Source: an uncultured virus (IMG/VR IMGVR_UViG_3300025849_000012) (Duplodnaviria > Heunggongvirae > Uroviricota > Caudoviricetes). Taken from it: a stretch of 20,000 bases of DNA. This document shows, in pieces, positions 1 through 8,300 of the stretch. The notes below the pieces were generated by a model. That model was not told where the DNA came from. It did not search any database and saw only the letters and a program-made list of their open reading frames with translations. Position 1 is the first letter of the stretch. Each line of letters starts with the position of its first letter. The stretch lies in IMG/VR virus record IMGVR_UViG_3300025849_000012; one strand, given 5' to 3'. Position numbers and translations under genes: made by a program.

Positions 1-1
1 A

Positions 2-3000
2 AGCGCATTGGCTGACGGTGTACGAAGGTCTATTAAACCAGCGGTTGCTCAACATGCTGAAAAATTATTCCACGATGTTGGTAGTGTTATTAGAGAAAAC
101 GATGGAACAATCCCTGCAATTGTTGAACCTGCGTTTGATACTCATACCGCAAACTATACATTAGGTTCAGAATTTGAGTCAATCAAAGGTCAAGCTGTTA
201 AGTATCAAACTGAAATCAACGAATACATTTCAGAGCAATACAATGGTTTAGCATATAGTTTAGAAAAATGCCCAAGAGATACAGGTTACATTGTTGATGC
301 GATTTCAGAAGACTTAGAATACGGCGGAGACTCTGCTACTATATTCAATGCAAGATATTATTTTGAAGGTGCCATTAACGTATTACCTCAATATCAGAGA
401 GAACCGACAAGATTGGCATTCACTCACCTTGCAAGTGTAATGGAAAAAGTTGTTAAGAATGAAGTACAAGAACCAATCTTTGGAGCAAGATTTACTCCAA
501 CTGGCGCAACATACGATCCAACAACTGGTATTATGGTTGCTACAATTGGTACTCACACATTAACAACAGACGATTACGTTTGGTTTAAACCAAGTGCAAT
601 TACATTCTCTTGTGATACAGGATCAGGACCAACTAACCACGCAAGCCCTGAAGCACATCATCGCTTCTATAACAGAGCATGCCCAATTATTGGAGCTGAT
701 GCAACAACAATTACAATGTGGGTTGGTAATGCTGGAGCATATACCGGAGCTCATACATTCGTATCTGCTTTGACTGACGCGATTTCAGAAATTGATGGTA
801 ACATCATATACCAAGATGTATCACTTCAAGCTGCTGATACTGCAACAGGAACAATTGCATCTGACCTAGCAATGGTTATAGCGAATATTGTTGACGACAG
901 ATTAGTAATACCAGATTACAGAGGTTCATTAGATATTAGTCAAAGAACTCCTAAGGCATTGCCTACAGAGAACTTACTAACTAAACCAAAAATGGATCCT
1001 GCTAGAACATTCGCACGTAAATCTCTACAATGGAACAGAACGTTTATCCAAGAAGAGATTATTCAATTCGTACGAGATAATAACTACACATTTGATGAAG
1101 CGAAATGCGCAAGAGATGCAGGCTTTATTATTGATGCGGTTAGAAGAGATGTTCAAACAGGTTCAACATACAATGGTAAGTATATCGGTAAATCATATCG
1201 TATTGGTACTGTAGGTGCCGATAAGGTTATTGAAGACCAACTTGCCGAAACAATTGAAGGAATCAGATATGTACAAAAGGACATCGAGGCACAGCTTTCC
1301 GGTGTAGCACTTACTAGAGCTCAAGATTCCTTCAATAACATTATTACATCTATGATTAATGATTACACACCAGATGGTACAAACTATAACTACGGTGTTG
1401 GTCAAATTTCTGATAACCACGTGTTTGCTCGTCAAGCTCTTCAACTTAACAGAGAATTCTTAAAAGAAGAAGCTACTGCTTGGGTCAACGCAAACTACGG
1501 CGGATTATCATATGATGTAAATAAATGTAAACGTGATACAGGCATTATGGTTGACGCGGTATCTTACGATACACAACACGAGTCAAATACCGCAATGCTT
1601 GACGTTGCTAAACTATATTTTGAGAATGGTTTATCCACATTGAGTTCAGCTCAAAGGGCACCAACCGCTGCATTATATACTCACTTAAGTTCAGTAGCAA
1701 GTCAAATTGTTCTGAAACAAACAGTATCGCGATCAGCTGGAAATACTGTTACTCAAAATACCTCATTCGGCGTAGTTACTGCACCAATTGCTCAACACAT
1801 AACATCACTATGGAAAATAGTTGGCGATCTAATTGCTGATGACTCCTTAATTAATATGCCTGATGTTATTGAAATTCCTACAAATACCGTAGGTGCTGAA
1901 AACTATCTATATGATCCATCTGCTACATTGATTGCAGGTCGTAAAGATAATCTACAAGGTACGATTACTCAATACCTAAGAGATAACTTTGACTACCTTG
2001 AGTATGATGAAGCTCGATGCAGAAGAGATACAGGTTATATTGTTGACGCGATTTCACACGATATTCAATATGGTGGTAACTCTGCAATGCATGGCACGGC
2101 TGAACTTTACTTTAAGAATGCTGTTAATATTCTACCAATTGACCAACGTCAATCAACAAGAGAAGCATTTGAATATCTTGGTAAGGTAGTTCGTTGGGTA
2201 ACTCGTAACGAAATGGTACCACGTAAAGAGGGTCGCAAGTTTACACCAACAACTGCTACTTACGATCCTGATACTGGTGTCTTCACGGCAACAATGGCAA
2301 ATCATAATCTTAAAGTTGGAGATTATGTAATGATTGCTCCAAACAGCATTAACTTTACATGTGCCTTAGATGGTAACCAACATTTACACCCTGCGCCAGA
2401 AGCACATCATCCATATTACAATGCACCGATGAAAATCACTGCAAGAACTGGAACAACTATTACTATGAATGTTGGCAAGGTTCCATACGGTAAAGGTGGT
2501 GGAGCTCACACATTCGTAAGCGCAACATTAAATGCAATCACTCATATAACTGGTAATACTGTTAGACAAGAGATGAACTTTAGAGCTGCTCGACGTACGA
2601 TCGCAGATGAAGCAAAATCATTAGCAACGATGTTGGCAAAAGTATCTGATGATAATAGCCCAGCAAATATTCCATCACGAATTGATCCTGACTTAACTTG
2701 GATCCAATCTGATTTATTAGTTGCTAAGAACGTAGTTGATGATAACACAATTCAAATGGCGAAGGATTTACAAGTTCATATTGCTACAGAATATAACGGT
2801 ATATCATATTCAAAAGAAAAATGTCGTAGAGATGTTGGCGTAATGATTGATGCTATATCTCACGATGTTAACTATACAACTAACTATGCAATGATAATGA
2901 CTGCGGGTCTATACTTCGAAGGCGCACATTCAATATTACCTGCAGACCAAAGACAACAGACTGCTCACTTCTTTACAGAAATGGCTGGGGTTGTTAAATC

Positions 3001-4888
3001 AATTGTTCAAAATCAAACTGCATATCAGAGAGGATTTACTTCAACTGATGCAACATACGATGCTGATACAGGTTACTTTACTGCAACTATCGATGCAGAC
3101 CACGGTTTAGAAATAGGTGATTATGTATCGTTTGAACCTTTAAGCTTTACATTCTCATGTGATACTGGTGCTGGTCCAACTGACCACGCGGTGCCTGAAT
3201 CACATCACCCTTATTACGATACACCTTGTCCAATTCTTCATGTTAATGGCAATGTGATAACAATGTGGGTAGGACCGGCAGCTACATACTCAGGTGCTCA
3301 TACATTCGTAAGTGCAACTGAAGGCGGATTGAAGAAAGCAGTTAAAACTTGGACTACACAAGATACAACAATTACTGCGGCTACATCAGTTGAAGGCGAA
3401 GAGGTTGCTGACTTGGTTCGTATCGTAGAAGATGCGATCAGAAGAGATAACATTGACGGTCTACCAGATATTATCGAGCCTAACTTATCTTGGGTTGATG
3501 CTGGTAAAATCGAAGCTTCACAAATTATTGATGATAACCTTGACGAACTTGCTGATGATGTTACTAAATTCCTTAAAGATACATTTACTATTATTGATTA
3601 CTCTAAAGCTAAATGTCGCAGAGATGCCGGATATATCATTGATGCGATGTCTTGGGATCTCAACTATGGTGGTAACTTAGCCACAAGATGGAATGCAGAT
3701 TTCTATTATTGGAATAACGAATTACGCATCCCAGAAGATACAAGAGTTGCTACAGCAAAAGCTTACCGTCAACTTGGATATATCGTAAGTCAAATCGTTA
3801 TTGGTAAGCATCCAAATCAAGCTATACGTTCTGAATTAGGAACAACTAAACAAGAAGCTCAAGCAATTAAACTTGGTGATATATTACATAATGTGATGTT
3901 CTACGATACACCTAAATCACTCGGTCCAATCGAAGAACCTAACTTTGCTTGGGAAGAAACTAAAGAGTTTAGTTTTGCTAAAGACATCTTAGATAATAAC
4001 AGAGGTAAATTACAAAGAGAAGTACAACGTCATATTACTTCAACATATAAATTTATCGACTTACCTAAAACATATCGTGATGGTGGTAACTTCCTTAAAG
4101 TTCTACAAAATGATTTCAAAGGTAGAGTTATTGATCCAGTTGTTGGTACAGTTGGTTCGGATAAAGGTTCAAGGTCATTCGTTGGTGCATTATTTAATAT
4201 TGACGCACAACACGTATTCCCAGTATTCAACCCACCATCAGATTATGTTGATTGGCGTAGATTAAGATTTAAAGGTACAACAAATACTGTTCCATCCTTA
4301 CAAGACTTTAACTCTACTTCAAAGAAATGGGATGCACGAATTGTTTCAACTAATAACAATGGTAACAGATATGCAGGTAATATCTACGTATACAACGGAG
4401 CATCAGTTTGGACTCTTATAACTGAAGGTCCTAACAATACTGATTTACTTGACTCATTCACTGGCGCATGGTCAAGAATGAAAACATATATAAATAACAA
4501 TATCGCTCCTGATGTGGATCACTCAACAATGGTAACTGAATTGATAGATAATCTTATCATAGATAGTGTCATAAGACCTAACTTCTTAACTTTCGGTTCA
4601 CTCGTTGAATCAATTGCCCACCAGTTCAATGGTGCATCGGCAGGTGTTAACAGAAATGCCTTACCGCTGAACTTTAGAAACGTGGGTGCCGCAATTGGTG
4701 CTAATGCCTCTGTATTATCAGAAGGCGGAGGTAGGATCAGATGGTCAGGTTCAGACGAATTAAACAACCAGTACTTCGCAAGAGGACTAAAGATTAACGG
4801 TAGAACAGGTCGAATTGAAGGTCGACCATTCACTTCATCAGTTAGAAAACTTGCAAGACGTGCATCGAACAGTAGGGCAGCTCTATAA
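2..4888 (+). CDS. Giant virion structural repeat protein, 5'-truncated. Seven helical (K/R)CxRD-type repeats and three inserted His/Cys-rich beta modules.
   Basis: The frame is open from position 2, so the TTG at 8 is probably not the real start; stop TAA 4886-4888. The core motif (K/R)CxRDxGxxxDAxxxD starts at 266, 1103, 1523, 2015, 2819 and 3611, with a degenerate copy at 4067. The C-terminal GGGRIRWSGSDELNNQYF...INGRTGRIEG resembles the ends of large structural proteins of marine T4-like phages (from memory). Confidence 0.85.
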   Translation, partial: SALADGVRRSIKPAVAQHAEKLFHDVGSVIRENDGTIPAIVEPAFDTHTANYTLGSEFESIKGQAVKYQTEINEYISEQYNGLAYSLEKCPRDTGYIVDAISEDLEYGGDSATIFNARYYFEGAINVLPQYQREPTRLAFTHLASVMEKVVKNEVQEPIFGARFTPTGATYDPTTGIMVATIGTHTLTTDDYVWFKPSAITFSCDTGSGPTNHASPEAHHRFYNRACPIIGADATTITMWVGNAGAYTGAHTFVSALTDAISEIDGNIIYQDVSLQAADTATGTIASDLAMVIANIVDDRLVIPDYRGSLDISQRTPKALPTENLLTKPKMDPARTFARKSLQWNRTFIQEEIIQFVRDNNYTFDEAKCARDAGFIIDAVRRDVQTGSTYNGKYIGKSYRIGTVGADKVIEDQLAETIEGIRYVQKDIEAQLSGVALTRAQDSFNNIITSMINDYTPDGTNYNYGVGQISDNHVFARQALQLNREFLKEEATAWVNANYGGLSYDVNKCKRDTGIMVDAVSYDTQHESNTAMLDVAKLYFENGLSTLSSAQRAPTAALYTHLSSVASQIVLKQTVSRSAGNTVTQNTSFGVVTAPIAQHITSLWKIVGDLIADDSLINMPDVIEIPTNTVGAENYLYDPSATLIAGRKDNLQGTITQYLRDNFDYLEYDEARCRRDTGYIVDAISHDIQYGGNSAMHGTAELYFKNAVNILPIDQRQSTREAFEYLGKVVRWVTRNEMVPRKEGRKFTPTTATYDPDTGVFTATMANHNLKVGDYVMIAPNSINFTCALDGNQHLHPAPEAHHPYYNAPMKITARTGTTITMNVGKVPYGKGGGAHTFVSATLNAITHITGNTVRQEMNFRAARRTIADEAKSLATMLAKVSDDNSPANIPSRIDPDLTWIQSDLLVAKNVVDDNTIQMAKDLQVHIATEYNGISYSKEKCRRDVGVMIDAISHDVNYTTNYAMIMTAGLYFEGAHSILPADQRQQTAHFFTEMAGVVKSIVQNQTAYQRGFTSTDATYDADTGYFTATIDADHGLEIGDYVSFEPLSFTFSCDTGAGPTDHAVPESHHPYYDTPCPILHVNGNVITMWVGPAATYSGAHTFVSATEGGLKKAVKTWTTQDTTITAATSVEGEEVADLVRIVEDAIRRDNIDGLPDIIEPNLSWVDAGKIEASQIIDDNLDELADDVTKFLKDTFTIIDYSKAKCRRDAGYIIDAMSWDLNYGGNLATRWNADFYYWNNELRIPEDTRVATAKAYRQLGYIVSQIVIGKHPNQAIRSELGTTKQEAQAIKLGDILHNVMFYDTPKSLGPIEEPNFAWEETKEFSFAKDILDNNRGKLQREVQRHITSTYKFIDLPKTYRDGGNFLKVLQNDFKGRVIDPVVGTVGSDKGSRSFVGALFNIDAQHVFPVFNPPSDYVDWRRLRFKGTTNTVPSLQDFNSTSKKWDARIVSTNNNGNRYAGNIYVYNGASVWTLITEGPNNTDLLDSFTGAWSRMKTYINNNIAPDVDHSTMVTELIDNLIIDSVIRPNFLTFGSLVESIAHQFNGASAGVNRNALPLNFRNVGAAIGANASVLSEGGGRIRWSGSDELNNQYFARGLKINGRTGRIEGRPFTSSVRKLARRASNSRAAL
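4489..4496 (+). promoter_or_regulatory. Possible internal T4-type late promoter (TATAAATA)
   Basis: Exact TATAAATA inside the giant ORF, about 390 nt upstream of the next gene. It could be chance in AT-rich DNA. Confidence 0.3.
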
Positions 4889-5310
4889 TGACAATTTACA
4901 CAATAGCAACATCACAGGCGCCAGATGCAAAACCGGTCGCCAAATCTTTTACATTGTCTACTAATTGGCAGACGATGATTGAAGTACCAAACTATGAAGT
5001 TCCGGAGCTAGTCTTCGGTGGTTCAACAACAGTAGAACCAGGCGTAGGTGAAGTTATTTCGCCACTCATTCTATGTAACATTACAGCTAATACAGTTCAG
5101 GTTGATGTAAGGGCTCACAGAGAAGACGTTAACGCAGAATTTTATTTAATTAGAAATTTACAAATTCCAGGATATGATACTATTCCATTACCACTTAATG
5201 GTCAGTTCTTTAAATCAGGTGATTTGTTAGAATTAAAATGTGATACAAACTTGGCAGTACATGCAACATTATCCTTTACACTCGGTCAATCTGAGGAGGA
5301 CGATGTATAA
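4888..5310 (+). CDS. Small beta-rich virion-associated protein (140 aa)
   Basis: TAATG stop/start overlaps at both ends suggest translational coupling. The ending LNGQFFKSGDLLELKCD...ATLS resembles small proteins that follow giant structural genes in T4-like marine phages (from memory). Confidence 0.75.
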   Translation: MTIYTIATSQAPDAKPVAKSFTLSTNWQTMIEVPNYEVPELVFGGSTTVEPGVGEVISPLILCNITANTVQVDVRAHREDVNAEFYLIRNLQIPGYDTIPLPLNGQFFKSGDLLELKCDTNLAVHATLSFTLGQSEEDDV

Positions 5311-8300
5311 TGGCTTTTAAATCAATTAGCGGTTCACGAATAATTGGACAGGGTACGCCTCAAGCTGTACCTATTCAATTAGATCCATCCCCGTATAAAG
5401 GTGCTATTGCTTATGGCTCCGACGGGTTAATTTATGTTTCTAATGGAACAGCATGGAACGCAGTTGGTTCAGGTACTCAAGGTACCACGGGTTTACAAGG
5501 CGATACAGGTTTACAAGGTACTCAAGGTACATATGGTCCAGGATTTAATGTTATTGGTTCTGTTACAGACGTTGATGCTGGCGGAGACCAACAAGCAACT
5601 CTTAATACAGCATTCCCATCGGCTACAACCGGTCAAGGTGTTATTGATAATGCCGATGATGAGTTATGGGTATATGATGGAGCTGTATGGGTAAACGTTG
5701 GATCATTTAGAGGTATCCAAGGTGTTCAAGGTACATTAGGTAACCAAGGTACGCAAGGTACTATTGGTGAAGAAGGTATCCAAGGCTCTCGTGGTTTCCG
5801 TGGTTATCAAGGTACGCAAGGTGTTCAAGGTACAGTCGGTATTCAAGGTACGCAAGGTATCCAAGGACCACAAGGTACACAGGGAATTCAAGGTGTCCAA
5901 GGAGTTCAGGGAACTCAAGGAGTACAAGGGTTATTAGGTAACCAAGGTACACAGGGACCGCAATCTATTCAAGGTACTACTGGTATTCAAGGTGACTTAG
6001 GTTTCCAAGGGTTCTCTGGTGATGATGCCGGTCATGTAGTAGAATTTAGAATTAAAGATGAAATAGTACAAGCCGATCCAACTACCGGTGAAATGATTAT
6101 GAATGGCGCTGCTAATCCAGCAGACGATTTTTCCGGCGTTACAAGAATTTGGATTGATGACGAAGCATTCTATAGTGTAAACCTTGAAGGTTTATACACA
6201 GCAATCGCCGCATCATCTTCCACAAACAAAGCTTATATGAAGATTACTCTTCGCAACAATCCTGATGATTATGTTATATTCTCAGTTCAGGCAGCTACTG
6301 ACCAAACAGGTTATTGGCAATTAGATGTTACTTATGTAGCAGGCGAAGGCATTAAGAGCGATTTTGTTCAATTAGATACACCAACTCCGGGTACAACACA
6401 ACGTTTACCGGTATTAGTTGCGTTTAGTATGTCTGGCGACAGAGGTTTCCAAGGTATTCAAGGTACTCAAGGAATTCAAGGTGTCCAAGGAGTACAGGGT
6501 CTATTAGGTAACCAAGGTACGCAAGGACCACAGTCAATACAAGGTACTGATGGTATTCAAGGTATACAAGGACAAAAAGGTATACAAGGTACTCAAGGAG
6601 TACAGGGCTTACAAGGTATTCAAGGTACTCAATCAGTTCAAGGTATCCAAGGTTTACAAGGACTACAAGGTGGAACTGGTGTACAAGGTATTCAAGGTAC
6701 TCAATCAGTTCAAGGTATTCAAGGCTTACAAGGTGGAGAAGGTTTACAAGGTTATCAAGGTACACAAGGCGACCAAGGTACTCAAGGAGTTCAAGGTGCT
6801 GTTGGATATTATGGTGGTTTAACTTATGAGTGGGAATATCTTAATAACTCAACTCCATCAACATTCCCAGGAACTAGTAAATGGAAAATAAACAACGCTG
6901 ATGTTTCGTTAGCAACTGTTTTAACACTTGACGATATTCCTTTAAATAATTATACAAACGACGTTGATGGAATGTTTGATTGGTTAGCAGCTATTCCAAA
7001 CGGTTCAGGCTCAAAAGGTTTAATTATTGTTGAATCGTTCGACGACGGAAATGGTCCAGGTGGTCACCATCAAGTAGTATATGAGTTTACAGACTTTACA
7101 TGGGACGGCGTAGGACAAACATTTGGTTGGTTCGACGTTACTTATGTTGGTTCATATGGATTGCCAAACAATTCATGGCAAACAGATGTTATTGATACAT
7201 TACACCCTGCTAAGACATTAATTAACTTTGTTCCTCGTGGTTCGGCTGGTACTCAAGGTACTCAAGGCGTTCAAGGCCTGCAAGGTGTACAAGGATTGCA
7301 AGGGCTGCAAGGTACTCAAGGACCACAGTCAATCCAAGGTACTACTGGTATCCAAGGTGCTCAAGGTCTACAAGGACAAGAAGGCGCACGTACGTTTATC
7401 GTAACAAATAATGGCACAAGTGATTATCTAATTGATGGTGTAGCTGATCCAACAATTCACCTTATCCGTGGATTTACTTATATCTTTGATGTAAGCGCGG
7501 CAGGTCACCCATTTGAAATTAGAGTTGCTCAAGGTGGAGCTGCTTATAATACTGGTGTAACAGGTAACGCGTCAGCAAGTGGTTTAATTATATTCCGAGT
7601 ACCATTCGATGCTCCTGCATCACTTTATTACCAATGTACAGTACATGCTAGTATGGGTGGCGATATTGTTACTTCTGATCTTGGTCCACAAGGTACGCAA
7701 GGAGTTCAAGGTGTCCAAGGAGTACAGGGTATTCAAGGATTACTAGGTAATCAAGGTACACAAGGTCCACAGTCAATTCAAGGTACTGACGGCTTCCAAG
7801 GTGATTTAGGTTTCCAAGGTGTTCAAGGTTTCCCAGGACTACTCGGTCCGCAGGGTACTCAAGGTACTGACGGTCTACAAGGTGGATCAGGTGTTCAAGG
7901 TCAAACTGGTTCATTCGGTGGTGTTACTTTTGATTACACATTCAGCACAAATACTGCTACATCGGATCCAGGGGTTGGTACACTTAAGTTTAACAATGCA
8001 TCGTTTAGTTCTGCAGGTAACCTGTATATGGACGATAGAGATGATAACTTTACGGACATTCAACCATTCCTTAGAACTATTGATGACTCAACAAGCCCTA
8101 TCAAAGGTCACTTTAAGTTATCTGAAAATGGTGCTCCGGAAAACTTTGCGGTATTTACTATCACTAGTGTTCAGGAAGTCGCAGGTTACTTTAACATAAT
8201 ATGTTCATATGTAAATGGTTCAGTTACAAGTATGACTGATGGACTTGATGTTGTAATTACCTTTGCAAGAACTGGTGACTTAGGTGCTACTGGTTCACAA

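Noticed and set aside
8..10. TTG as the start of the giant protein
   Set aside because: The frame is open to the window edge and the first residues look like the last helix and linker of a preceding repeat, so the gene probably starts upstream.
266..3680. Annotating the giant protein as a bona fide phycocyanin or allophycocyanin (cpcA/apcA)
   Set aside because: The canonical YYLR...Y segment is replaced by xxxDA...D, no N-terminal X/Y helices are evident, and the units are fused in a structural protein. Only a fold and motif resemblance is proposed.
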